Assembly (NCBI GenBank): GCA_964035545.1
Contig: OZ037766.1
Span: forward strand, 15,304,722 to 15,368,721
Direction: 5' to 3'
DNA from: Bugula neritina
Taxonomy: Eukaryota; Animalia; Bryozoa
DNA: 64,000 bases
In this document: in pieces, positions 1-12,804 of the stretch
Layout of the letters: every line of letters starts with the position of its first letter
Position numbering within the stretch: the first letter of the stretch is position 1
Notes under the pieces: model-generated
The model's database searches: none
What the model saw: only the letters and a program-made list of their open reading frames with translations
What the model was told of the DNA's origin: nothing
Made by a program: the position numbers and the translations under genes

Positions 1-19
1 CTTTTAATGGTGCTCTTAC

Positions 20-3000
20 CCACATTACTTGCTGTTGAATTAGACGGTAATCATAATAGACATAGGAATAAGCAAATCTGTCCTGCTGTCTTACGATGGC
101 CTGGTTAATCTGAGAGATCAGCTCTTCTATAGAGTTTGTTCTCCCAATGATACACTCTATCCACGAAGGAAGCATAGCCTGAAATCCGTCACTCAATTCA
201 TGTCCAGCTAGCTTAGGGTCAGAGGCTCCAGTTATTTTGTGCCACATATCAACCATAAATTTTTTGGCTTTCTTTAGTAAATTGGGATTAGGTTGCAGTT
301 CCACCAACCCATCATACACAGATGCATTTTGGCTTAGACCTGTAAATACATAAATTATGCAATATACAAATTCAAAATTTTTATTTAAATGCCGTTCCAG
401 CACCAAACTAAAGAAATGTGATTGTACTGCGTTTTATCGACTTATTACACTTATAATAATACTTGCATATCCCCACTTGATTTGAACTGCAACTTTTTTA
501 TTTATTTCAAAAAATACATCAGCCCCTTGAATTATCAAACAAAGCTTGATTATTTTTTTTAGTTAATTCAGCATTAAAATAGAATTTTTTTCAACAGAAA
601 CACCCACACACTCCATTTCTATAGTTCACGTTATGGAACAATGACATTCCATCATGGCTGAATAAAATATTTCGTAAGGAGACAGGGATCAGCAATTGTG
701 ACAACAAAGAGTCACAAAATATAAACAATAATTAGGAGTGTAAGCATTTATAAAAAAATTCAACTCTGCTTTTCATCTAATAAACTAAATTTGACAAAAA
801 CAAAGGCAGAGCGAGGGGTGTAAAAACACAGTGAGCATTACCTAAAACCAAAATTAGCCATGTCTGCTTATGGCTAGCAAAATTTAAGGGCTAATTCATT
901 TAGATTTAGAAGCAAATGATTGACCATAGTTCAATTGTGGTTTTTCATTAAATGCAACGTGAATTAGAATCTATTTAAACCATATAAACGCAGTCACATG
1001 GTAAATATGAACCTCATGTATTACAAACATTTTCCAAAACAGCCAATTTAGTAGCAGAAAACTATTTTACTTTTTAGATTGGAATGATGGTAGCCACATA
1101 CAAATTGTTAATATCATTTACCTGAAACATTGAGATATCGATTCACAATGACATTGTAATAACCAGAATGAGAATAGGGCAGCCATTCAAACTCTGTTTC
1201 ATTATCAACATAAATTGCATATTTGTAAGAGAAGCCTCTAGATGATGATGGAATTTCTAGATTTGCCCACCAGACTCCATTCTCACTAGAAAGAAATGAG
1301 TTATCAAGTACATATTTATATATTGAAGCTAATCTTTATTAAACTAAAGAATTACTAAATGTACCAAACAAAGATCTAACCTTTCTTGACATTCAGCAAG
1401 TCTAGTCTTCCAATCATTATATAGATTTCCATATATTTTGACAACTGGTTCTTGCTTCAGTTCCTTGTACAGTTTTTTGATTTTTGAAGACAAGAAAACC
1501 TTGAATGTTACCAGTTTTTTCCCCTCGCTAAAAAATGACACAAATTTAAATTTGCTGCTAAATATGCAAGAAACTGATACATACAATTTATTTTGTATCT
1601 TTATGCTATAAAGCTTAGCAAAAATCCAATATATTTTCAACAGAATCAAGGTGTTCTTATTTATGCTAATCTGAAATTTGAATAGTTTATTACTTGTCTG
1701 GCTTGCTTTTGGTCTTTGCTTCTTTATGCTTGTATTTGCCTCCGGGTATATGGTCAACTGCCATCTAAATTACATTGAAAGAAAAATAGTAGCTAAACTA
1801 TTATTAAGAATATACTGGTATGAGGTGGTAGATTCTACTGGTGAATTTTTGGTGAGTAAAAAGAATAACAAAAACTGCTAGCCTTCAAAATATAGCCGAG
1901 ATAAAATATCAGACATCTTTACAAATGTTCCACAAATATCGAGACAATTGTTATGAAAGAGGAAACGGTCTTTTTCATGCATGTTGTTAAAATGCACTAA
2001 ATGCAGCCTCTTGTATTTTAGGTTCCAATCTGAGCACAATCAGCAGGGTAGGAAAAAAATTTCTGAAGGTTTTGTGCTAGAAGAGACAACTGGGATTTGA
2101 ACCCACAACCTTTCGATGGAGAATCCTGCATTCTGCAAACTGTGCCACCCTAACACCATAGAATAATTTAACATTATTAATAAAACAATACAAACATCTA
2201 TAATGTATACATACTTTAGTATAAATTAATGCAATTATGCATTACCTTTTGAACACCATATTTCTCAAATGCTTCATTAAGCTTTTCAGAAAACTGGTTG
2301 ATGTCATTTCTCATGCCTTTAATTGTTTCTGTTAACCCCAGAGGTTTTGTGGCAGATTTCTTTGACTTCCAGTTTTCTGTGTGCAATTGGTAAGCCTCGT
2401 ATCTTGACTTTAGAGCCTTTGGTGCATTACTTACAGCAGCTTCCACACTTTTGGTAAGATTAAGTTTGGAAAATTTGTGTTCTTTATCTCGAATAGCCTT
2501 AGTTCTTATGTTTGTCAGCTCTTCTAATTTAGTCTTCAGTTCCATAAAGGTAGCAAAAATAAATTTTTCATTGTCTCCATCTAAAAAGAGAAATATTTAG
2601 CTAGAAAAAATTTAGATGAGCTTACCTGACAGCAGAGACCGTCTAATAGAAACCACCGCACATAAGATGATTCTGGGAACAAATATCCATAGTAGAAACA
2701 CTTAAACTTTTCGATAATTATTACTTGTCTATTATATTTTGGCAGCTTTTAATCTGTCATCTGGGTGCATTGAATAAAACCAGTGCTGTGAATTTCAACT
2801 ATATATCTATTTAAAAAACTTTATAATAATAATCACAAAGTACAAATAGTAAGCTATATATGCTTCTAGGGGTATTATACAGTATTTTTCAACTATTGAA
2901 ATTATTTCTCATCATAATAATTTCAATGAATTTCAGTGAAGCTATAAAAAGGCAGAGTTGAATTAACTGAAACTTGGCAGTATACTTAGAGAAGGTACAA

Positions 3001-6000
3001 ACAGACAATAAAGTGTTTTTCTAGAACAACCCAAGCTATCAACTCCTTAAAAGTTATATCTATTCAACTTTTATATAACTATAATCTAAATGCTCTAGCA
3101 GTTAAAATTAGATAATTTACTGCTCTTAGAATAGAGATCACTTAGCCTTGTAAGCAAAACAATAGAAAGTGACTGAAGTAGGTGCAGGAATGTAGTTTTT
3201 TAATGCTTCTAAGACTAGCACAACTTTGTAGCAAGAGAAGTTGAGCAATAAAAATTACAGCAATTGCTTTTTAGCTAACAATATCAAGCTTATCTAAGAA
3301 GTGACAGCAAGTTTATTTGGGAATTAAAGTAGTAAGTATTACTACTTAAAAAACTGACCTATATTTTCAAAAATGCAAGTTTTAAATTGGCTTGGAGAAC
3401 GGCATAGATTGTTATACCATTATTCATCAATTATTTGTAAAATTTACTTTAGAACCTAAAAATAGAAACACCAAAGTGTTTTTGTTATTAACTAAAGTCA
3501 CATCTAAGAAGTCAATTAAATTACATTTGTAAGTTGAAGCAGAAGACTGTGCCCCAGTCACTTTTCTTTTCTTTGTGTCTTGAAAATTGTCTTCTCTATG
3601 ATCAGCGTACTCCTTAACAAGTTGCCTTTTCGGTGCTTTAAATTAAATTTAATATTCGTATGATTTGGACTGCAGTTATAGTTGGACAACTAAGAATAAG
3701 GTTTGCTACTTGCATAGAGTCTGTTGTAAATTATTGATGCAAACGATTAGTTTTGATTAATTTTAGAACTTTAAATTTGCTACTCAAGCTGTTCAAAATA
3801 AAAATTTCACTCATTCTTAGGAACTATAACCTACAGTATATCATTGCTCCCATTTCCAGTTTTAAAGTTTTTCAAATATAACTAATTTTGAAAAAAAAAC
3901 TATTCAAGTGATACCCACTCTAGAAAACCAAAATTATGACCCTAATGTTACAGCAATTACAATTTTAAGCTGAAGATATACACGTTAAAGGTTTTCATAA
4001 ATTATACTGGAAAAATTAAACCAATAATACTTTACTTTATGTTCTAAAACTCAAAAATTTAATTTAGGTAGCCAAAAATCTAGGAGCTCTTGATGTTGTA
4101 AACATTGTTTGCGTTATACCACAATTCCCACATGTGATGTAGAGTGTTATACAAAGTTTGGGACAATTTGACTAATGTAATATAAGTAATATATAGGTGT
4201 AGCCTGTGCAATGATCATGAATGATATTATGGGTGCATAGGTGAACATGTGTGAAATAGAGAGAGTGCATGTATATTGCATTAAATGGGCAGAAAGAAAA
4301 GAATGAAGGGTAAAATAACACATTGTGAATACATAATTAGAAATGTGTTAGAATGTTAGGATGCTCAATTCAGAAGCCAAAACTTTGGAGCATCACCTAG
4401 CGGACACCCTAACTCGGAGGCCTAACTCCTTAGCAGATCAAGATAGGATCTGAAGCTACCTAGCAGCCAAACCAACATACATTAATACACTGACTTCCAA
4501 TCTATATGAAATTCTATGATATACAATTATTCAATGAGTTGATAAGCAAATAAAAAATATTATGTGACTTAGCATTAAAAATAAAACATAAATGTGTGAA
4601 ATTCAAAAAGAGCACAGCTTACAAAATAGTATTTGATTGACATAACTCTAAATGAATTAACTCTGCACATCAACAACTTTGAAAATAAGTTAGTCAAAAA
4701 AGTTATCAAGAAAATAAGGATCGCCTGGTTTCACTTTTCCACATTTCAAACTGCTATGACACCAACAATGAACATCTAAACAAGATCACCGACTGCAGAC
4801 AGAGTAAACCAAAGTTACCAACAAAAATGTTTAACATAATCCAACTCAATAAGATGCAAATTTCTAAAACTTTTTCCTAAAGAAAAGTAAATTATTGATA
4901 AGATACCAACAAACCTCCATTTTGAGATGCAGCTTCTGTCAATTTTCCATCAGCAGGTTGTTCTGGAGAAGAACCTGTCTTTGTTTTGCTTCTTGTGTTA
5001 TCAGCTGGACCTCCTAAAAAGCAGGAACAGTTAGAACGTATTAAAAAGGAAAATGACATATTTTTGAACCAAGAGATATCTAGCATTCAAAGTATAGGGC
5101 TGCTATCACTACCTTCCCGTTTTCCTTCACTGTTAGAAACTTCTCCACTCTTTGGGTCTTTCTCACTATCAGCAGAAGTATGTTCTTTTTCACTACCACA
5201 GTTTTGTACAGTGTGGGAAGCATCTCGTGTTGAAATTGCTTTATCATCATTTTGAACAGATGCACTCTGTTGATTTTGATCATGCGCATCACTATGTGTT
5301 GGAGCTGATCCTTTCTCTGCAAAGAAGTATAAAGTACTAAGATACTTACAAATGCAGTGACACCACGCTTGTTTATATATTCAAGAATCAAAATCAAAAT
5401 TAGTGATATAATATAGTCACAACAATATTGAAGTATTTAAAAATTTCAACTCGATAAAAAAAAACATTTCAAAGTTTGCAGCCTATGCAACTGTATGTTA
5501 AACAATGATTTTATTCCACAGCCAAAATATTTGTTTCACTTACCATCACCAGAACCTTTGTGAGTGAACTGAAGCTTTTGCTGAGTAAAACTTCCTAAAA
5601 TATTATATACACATACAACATAAGCATAATCTACTACCAAACATCAATATAACATAGATGGGCATTTTAGGTGCCAAATAATATACGTTACCTTGCGGCT
5701 CACTAGAAGCACCAAACATAGAATGTTGACATGCATCTCGTGGTTCTTGAAAATCAGTTGTGCTTTCTGCCTCTTCAATAGACTTATTGGCATTAGTTTG
5801 AATTTCAGATTTAGAAACTAAGATTGTTGAAGTATTGCCCGATATGCTGGAGTCGTCAGCTTCTTCTGCACCAGCTGCTTCTGCATTAGCTACTTCTGCA
5901 CCAGCTACTTTTTCATTAGCTGCTTCTGCATTAGCTACTTCTGCACCAGCTACTTTTTCATTAGCTGCTTCTGCATTAGCTACTTCTGCACCAGCTACTT

Positions 6001-9000
6001 TTTCATTAGCTACTTCTGCATTAGCTACTTCTGCACCAGCTGCTTCTGCATTAGCTACTTCTGCATTAGCTACTTCTGCCATAGCTGCTTCTGCACCAGC
6101 TGCTTCTGCATTAGCTACTTCTGCATTAGCTACTTTTGCATTAGCTACTTCTGCCATAGCTGCTTCTGCACCAGCTGCTTCTGCATTAGCTACTTCTGCA
6201 TTAGCTACTTTTGCATCAACTGCTTCTGAATCAGTCACTTCTGCACCAGCTACTTCTGCATTGCCTACTTTTTCATCAGCTTCCTCTGCACTAGCGACTT
6301 CTGCATCAGTTATTTCTCCACCAACTACTTCTCCACCAACTACTTCTGCACCAGCTACTTCTGCATCAGTCACTTTTACACTAGCTACTTCTGCACCGGT
6401 TACTTCTGCACCAGCTACTTCTGCATCAGCTACTTCCACACCAGCTTCTTCTCCCCTAGCTACTTTTGCACCAGCTGCTTCTGCACCAGCTACTTCTGCA
6501 TCAGCTACTTCCACACCAGCTTCTTCTCCCCTAGCTACTTTTGCACCAGCTGCTTCTGCATCAGCTAATTCTGCAACGGCTAATTCTGAACCAGCTATTT
6601 CTGCATAAACTATTTCTGCATCACTTGGGCAATCATTTGCATCTCTAATGTTATGATTGGACAGGTCACTGTACTGCAGAAGAGTTGAATTACTGCAATC
6701 ATTAGTGAGTGATTCACTACTTGAAATGAGCATATCACGGGCATCATGAAACTCTTCACTGTCAGAACTAGTAGTAATCTGTCTCCCGGCTCTCTCTAAG
6801 TAGACTGCTGCTTCTGGTTGATGGTCACCTAAAAAAAATAACTTAATGTTCATTGCTTTATAAAGTTTGATTTTAATTTTATTCAACCCTTGAACCCCGG
6901 ATAAAAAAGGTGTTTTCGATGTAGGCTAGGACTTATTAATATGCAGCACAGGAGGTACTATAACTGGATGCTCTTACTAACCTCACCAGTGGCCTTTGCT
7001 GGGGTGCGTACCCATGACTTCATTTTTACTAAGTCAGACGCTCTAACCCTTAGACTACAGTTGCTGCCTATTCTTTTAATTCTATTTGACTGATTTTGTT
7101 TAAATGGTTCTTACTTGACAAAGTTTTCTCTGACTTTATAGTGGCTTGAGTGACCTCAACAAATTCCATATCACTGGAGTTTCCAGCACACTGTGTGGTA
7201 GTATCCAGCTCCCTGCTCTCTCCATATGGCACTGTGGCTAAATGGGACACTCCAATCTTATTAGAATCAGCTGTCTGTTCATTGCAATACTCTGGTAAAA
7301 CATCCTGACAGCCTTCAAGTTCTGTCTTTGGTGCTTTAGATGGTAAAATGTCAGCTACAGCAATATAAATTCAATAATTATTAACCCATTGCATAAAATT
7401 AATATGCATATAAAATTAATTTTATAATAATTAAATTTAAAAACTGTATAATATACAGTGATTCATAGTTGAACGTGTGCATTACTAATATGTGGTGTGC
7501 ATGACTTATAAATACATATCATTGTAGAATAATTTAAACCGCATGCTTCGTAATGTTATTTGGTAATTTTAAAGCCTATATGCATATTGCCAGTAGTGGA
7601 ATTAAAATCAGATTATAATTTAATATGATGTAAACATTTATCTGCCATTTATATCCCAACTTTGATCACAAACTATAATATGTTTTGCAAAATGAGTTTT
7701 TACTTTTTGTATGTAGCAAGTTCAGCTGAAAATATATTAAAATAAAACTATTTGATTACAATTGCTTATTTATTACTTAGGCGGTTATTAATTACATGCA
7801 CATGTGTATTGTAAAATGAAGTTCTATCAACAAAGGTAAGGTAATCAGATTATAAATGAATAAGTTATGCTAAAAATGATCAATTGATAATTTATAAAAA
7901 TGAAGTCATAATAATATAAAAGAATACAAAAAATACAAATACTACCTTCACTTTGGTGGGAAACAGTAGAAAGTTGTGCTTCATCAGATCGCCTTTTTCC
8001 TGGTTTAACAGGTGAGTTAGGTATAGAACTTGTAGATGTCTCAGACCTGCATTATAAATGTTGATGTGCATTCATAACTCACAAAGCATAAGCAGCAGAT
8101 ACTCTTATGCCTGGTTTTCCTTCATTTCCAACTACAAACTCAACTAGAAGTTGTTCATTATAAAACAAGTGGTAGCAAAATCGTTTGAGCATAGCTCTGG
8201 TGCCGCCTTAAAACTTATACTTTTCGGATTTGTCTGTTACAAACGTTACATTTTTTGGCAAACATCTTATAATTTTTTAAACGTATAACTAATTTAAAAT
8301 GTCTTGAAATTTAAAATAAGTTTAGATGAAAGAAATAACATTTAATGCAGTGTAAACGTTTCACATTTTTACTTGGCAACCAGAAATTTGTTCAGTCTTA
8401 TGTGATATAATATTAAAATGATGTCACAAGGCAGTAAAACATCTGCTACTTACTTAAGTATGAACTCCGGGTTACTCTCAATGCTTGTAGATTCAGTGCA
8501 GGTGGCATCTGAATGAGAAGCAGAAGAGATGTTTGCCTGAGAGGACTCAGAGAAAGACAACTCAGAATGGGGCTGCACATCTGTAATATTACTCCCGATT
8601 CCTACAAAGCAAACCAGAAGTTGCTGCTAAAAATCATTGGATCTACAAAAATTACTAAATCCTAACGACAATAGGCTTTAATTCTTTCAGAATATAATTG
8701 CTTTTAATTATTCTTATCATGAGGAACAAATTCAATGCTTTAATTGATCTGCAGTTACACTAGTTCTTAGTTAGTCAAGAATTGCCTTCTCTTCTGTTTA
8801 AGATGCTTTAATATGAATAAAAGCACTTATGAGTTACACAATCTGCGCATGCTTGCATTTATAGCTAGCAAAGGCATGTACAATATTATACAAAAATACT
8901 TGAAACAAAAGACACATTATTTGGATAGCATCACAAGAAAAAAGCAATAATTATTACTGAGTGAATGACTCCATTGTTAATTATTGACTGGTAGAACATG

Positions 9001-9312
9001 TACTACAAACATAGGGGCAGCTATAACATTTCATTCCTCTATTTAATGTTTATGATGGATAAAATGAATTTCTTAGTTTCAATGCAGCCAACAGGCTTTA
9101 CCTGGTGTGAATTTATATCCACATTCACAGCAAAAATTTCTCAAAGCTCCAGTTTTTCTGTTGACTACCCTTTCCACACCGCACTCTGGACAAAACAGCT
9201 CTGGCTCTATTGATTCACCACATTCTGGACAGAACTTAGGAAGCTTTCCATTCCTTGTCTCCAAAACCTCATTGCAATGTGGACAGGAAACAGAGGCATC
9301 AGCCTCCATCAT
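20..9312 (-). CDS. RNF213: RNF213/mysterin-like E3 ligase-AAA+ ATPase, N-terminal part only (gene continues beyond the left edge)
   Basis: GT-AG exons with matching phases: 9102-9312 (ATG at 9312), 8454-8601, 7946-8046, 7115-7354, 5692-6828, 5544-5594, 5113-5316, 4915-5013, 3525-3635, 2246-2580, 1694-1764, 1381-1527, 1122-1285, 20-339. Exons 1381-1527, 1122-1285 and 20-339 give LVTFKVFLSS...GVWWANLEIP...FSYKYAIYVDNETEFEWLPY...IVNRYLNVSGLSQNASVYDGLVELQP, resembling the RNF213 CBM20-like segment as I recall it (PYKYVIY...EYEFIY...VNRCLFI...HQYYDIV). The first coding exon has four CxxC motifs. AAA+ and E3 domains are not in the window, so the family call rests on this one segment. Confidence 0.75.
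2083..2150 (-). mobile_element. tRNA-derived SINE head (degenerate)
   Basis: Reverse strand GGGTGGCACAGTTTG (A-box-like) and GGGTTCAAATCCC (B box); no complete cloverleaf. Confidence 0.5.
5855..6619 (-). repeat. Coding 15-bp minisatellite: about 51 pentapeptide units (AEVAN/AEVAG/AEAAG/EKVAG) in the largest exon of the RNF213-like gene
   Basis: Units such as TGCATTAGCTACTTC and TGCACCAGCTGCTTC repeat without frameshift; 75-bp and 45-bp higher-order duplications are visible in the translation. Confidence 0.92.
6943..7068 (-). mobile_element. tRNA-derived SINE fragment, same family as 47524-47655
   Basis: Reverse strand GCAACTGTAGTCTAAGGGTTAGAGCG...GGCCACTGGTGAGGTTAGTAAGAGCATCCAGTTATAG parallels GCAGCTGTGGGCTAGTGGTTAGAG...GGCCATTGGTGATGTTAGGAAAGGCATTGAGTTATAG at 47524. 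Confidence 0.55.
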
Positions 9313-11934
9313 TCCTTTAAATAAAATAAGAAAAATATACAATCAGCTACATGGCCATTCATTTACTAAATTACATGCGTACCCATGAGAACATAATCAA
9401 ATGTGAGTCAAGGTGTAGACATGTAACTAGCTGTAGAACACTTCTGTATGTTGCACCTGGTAAGTAATTTGGTAAACCATTATTTTTATAATATTTCAAA
9501 TCTGGAAGATTTTTAAGTATATCATGTAATATAGTATAATAGATAGTTCACAAATATCCAATTGTAAAAATTATGCACCTCTTTGAAAAATGCTTCATGT
9601 ATTCTTACACATTAAACTCAGATATTTATAAAAAGATTAATATAGTTAGACATAGCTAGGATAGTATAATAGTGATCATAGTTAGTTGAAATGTGTTGTA
9701 CCACTTACTACATTGAGTCAAATTCTAAGTAAATAATCATTCTAAGCATTTACTGCAACAGGCAGATTTAACCCAATACGAAAATCAGATTTTCTATGTA
9801 TAAATAATAATTAACTGTTTTGAAATTTTAAAGCAAGTTTACAAAGTTGAATAAGCTTTTTCTCAATAAAAACTCCACACTAATGTTATGAAGTTGTAAG
9901 AAATGTTGAACTATATTTTTCATTAAAAGGAATTAATATTGTGATAGTTATATCTAAATAAAAGTATAACATTACTTAGGCCCTAATAAATCAAGTAAAT
10001 ACAAAAAATAGAAATCAAATATTAATTGTACAGCTACTGTAGGTTTAAAAACCAGAAGCAGTTGAATGATAATACAGATTATTATAAAGAAGAAGTTTGG
10101 GATGACAAAGTTTTAAAAGGAACTTTGAAAAATATATTCCAATAAGAAACATATCAGCACTAATTTTTAGTTTTTACGGCTGAGTTTAAAAGCTAAATCT
10201 TGATTTTCAAAACATATTGAAAATATAATATAATAAAAATGACAATTTTTCAAGTCACCATAAATTTGAAAACCTATAGATCTAAAGTGCCATGTTAGAA
10301 AAAGATTTATGTGCAAAATGCTTACACTTCACCTTCTTTACATAAGCTTAAATCATTATTGTGCTAATTTTCCGAATCATGCCAGCATTACTGGTGAAAG
10401 TGGAATTTACAGTTGACTATTAGCAATATTGAAGAGTTAAATTAAAAAAGCTAAATGTTAATGCTACAGTATTATCATTCAAATAAGTTCAACTTTATTC
10501 AAACATGCATTACTTTTAGGTTATGAGAATGATCCTTGAAAAATATCAGTTCCTTAGCTTATACAGTAATTTACAACTGGCACTACTATAAGTAAAGAAA
10601 AGCAAAAAGCAGAAGCGTAACAAATCTATGGGGTTGATTAATTGATAAATCATGGTAATTTAAGTGACAGTTTTTAAAAATATAGATAATAATCACTGCG
10701 TTAAAATTTCAAATACTAGGTGATCATCACAAAAACAATACAACAATGACCTAAATAATTGTTAGTGCTTAATTCTTGCTTTAAACTCAACACTAATTCT
10801 AACCTTAGGTTAAACTCAAAATCATTAAACTTTATTTTAGCTTTCAGTTCTGCCGACTCTGAGTTTTATGGTTGGCAATCACAGCATTATCACACTACTC
10901 AGTAGGGTCCAGGTCATCTGCAACGAGATACCTATAGCAGCTGAAACCGTCCTCATCAGACAGCCCACATGGGGACTGCGCCCGAAGAAGGAGGTGAGCC
11001 GGCAGGTAAAAGACCTCCTTGACAGGGATCTAATTGAGCCAGCCCATAGTGCATAAAGCTCACCAGTAGTTCTAATCAAGAAAAATGGTAGCTGAAGATT
11101 CTGCGTAAATTACATCAAGCTCAACAGCGTTATCATTCAGGATGGTTATCCCCTTTCTCGGATAGACGAGTCACTGGATGCCCTGGCAGGAAATAAGTAC
11201 TTCAGTACTTTGGACCTGCTAAGTGGGTACTGGCAAGTACCCATCAGTCCTGAAGTCCAAGAAAAAGCAGCGTTCATTACCAGCGATGAGCTCCGAGAGT
11301 GGGAAATGATGCTATTTGGGCTAACCTCCGCTCCGGCCACTTTCTAACGACTCATGGAGCAGGCCCCGAGTGGGCTACACTGGAAGACACTGCTCATCCA
11401 TTTGGATAACGTCATTGTCATCTCTCCAGACTTCCAGACTTATGTTAGCCGTCTGCAGGAGATTTTTGACTACCTCCGGGAAGCAGAATTGAAATGAAGC
11501 TCTCCAAGTGTGCGCTCTTACAGCAGGAATTTTAGTACCTGGGACACGTGGTCAGCCAGGACGGCATTGCCACGAATCAGGAGTAGAGTGGACTGTTTCC
11601 CGGAGACCTCCACGAGTTGCAAGCATTCCTAGACTTGGTAGAGTACTACAGGCAGTACATACCAAGACTTGAAGGGGTGGCACAGCCTTTGAATTGGGTA
11701 ACCACCAAGGGGGGTTCGGTGGCAGTGGACACATGAGATGCAGCAGGCATTTGACCACCTCAAGGACTGGCTGGTAGAAGCACCAATCCTGGCCTACCCA
11801 AACTCGACCAAAGAGTATATCTTGGGCACGGACGCAAGTGACCACAATGTAGGGGCTGTGTTGTCCCAAGTATAGGGTGGAACGGAGTGATAGCGGCTTA
11901 CTACAGCAAGGCTTTCTTGACCGCCGAGCAGAAA

Positions 11935-12353
11935 TGGGTCATTTTACTTAATTTAGTATACACTGGAAATTTCCAGTTTTTTGCTATTTTTTACAATTTA
12001 GCTGCTAATGAACATGGGTTTTTCCCCCAAAACTAGTAAAATATCAACAAATATACCTAAATAATCAAAGTTCTTCTTAATTTTACTTGATTTCCCATGT
12101 TTTTTCCTATTTATTTAGCTAATTTGGATTGCGGACCATTACGAAAAAACGTAATGGTTAGCTAAATTAGCTAAATAAATAAGAAAAAACCTGGGAAATC
12201 AAGCAAAATTAAGAAGAACTTTGATTACTTAGGTGTATTTATTGATATTTTACTAGTCTCAGAAAAAACCCCATGTTCATTAGCAGCTAAATTGTGAAAA
12301 ATAGCTAAAAACTGGAAATTTCCAATGTCTACTTAATTAAGTAAAATGACCCA
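11935..12353. mobile_element. About 420-bp foldback/MITE palindrome inserted in the Gypsy RNase H region
   Basis: Ends TGGGTCATTTTACTTAATT / AATTAAGTAAAATGACCCA; arms remain complementary to the centre ACCATTACG-AAAAAA-CGTAATGGT (about 12135-12158). TSD not resolved. Confidence 0.85.
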
Positions 12354-12428
12354 CTTGCTGCAAGAAAGAAGTCCTGCCAGTAGACAAGGCGGTCAAGCAC
12401 TTCGGGTCATATCTGTGTAGAAGAACAT

Positions 12429-12804
12429 TGTGCAAGGAATGGTTTAGTGAATTGAATAGCAACAAGCATAAAACAATATTCTCAATCTTTGGATTTATTG
12501 TTCTTTCTTTTTTTTGTACTCTATATAAGAAAATAGTTACATGCTGTGCAAAAACATACATAAGTAGCTTTCAAATATTCAATATCAACAAAAACAAACT
12601 TATAAATTATAACAACACTTACAAACATTTTAACCTTTTCTTGGCAAGTGAAACTACTAACAATCATAATACAGACTAAAGAGTTTTAGGTACCAGCCAA
12701 AAGCAAAAAACAAGAAGCCAAAAAATAGCTGAACGAACTGCAAAAAGCCAACTTATACTTTCAGTAAAATTTTGGCTAACAGCCAGGATTATCTCCCTGG
12801 CACA
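12429..12804. mobile_element. Solo LTR (376 bp) nested in the Gypsy relic
   Basis: TGTGCAAGG...CCTGGCACA termini (TG..CA, imperfect inverted repeat) with 5-bp TSD AACAT (12424-12428, 12805-12809). Removal restores AGA AGA ACA TTC AGG (RRTFR) of the RNase H. Confidence 0.8.

Noticed and set aside
2626-2700. Possible 75-nt in-frame hydrophobic cassette exon with a strong GTAAG donor
   Set aside because: Needs a 45-nt intron (the others in this gene are at least about 95 nt) and has a weak acceptor; unsupported without RNA data.
3359-3455. Exon-like segment with AG/GT borders in the RNF213-like gene
   Set aside because: Contains a stop in the required phase, and the flanking exons join in frame without it.
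5835-6608. 257-aa Ala/Ser/Thr-rich plus-strand ORF (mucin or antifreeze-like)
   Set aside because: Antisense shadow of the 15-bp coding repeat; the minus frame has splice sites in phase with neighbouring exons.
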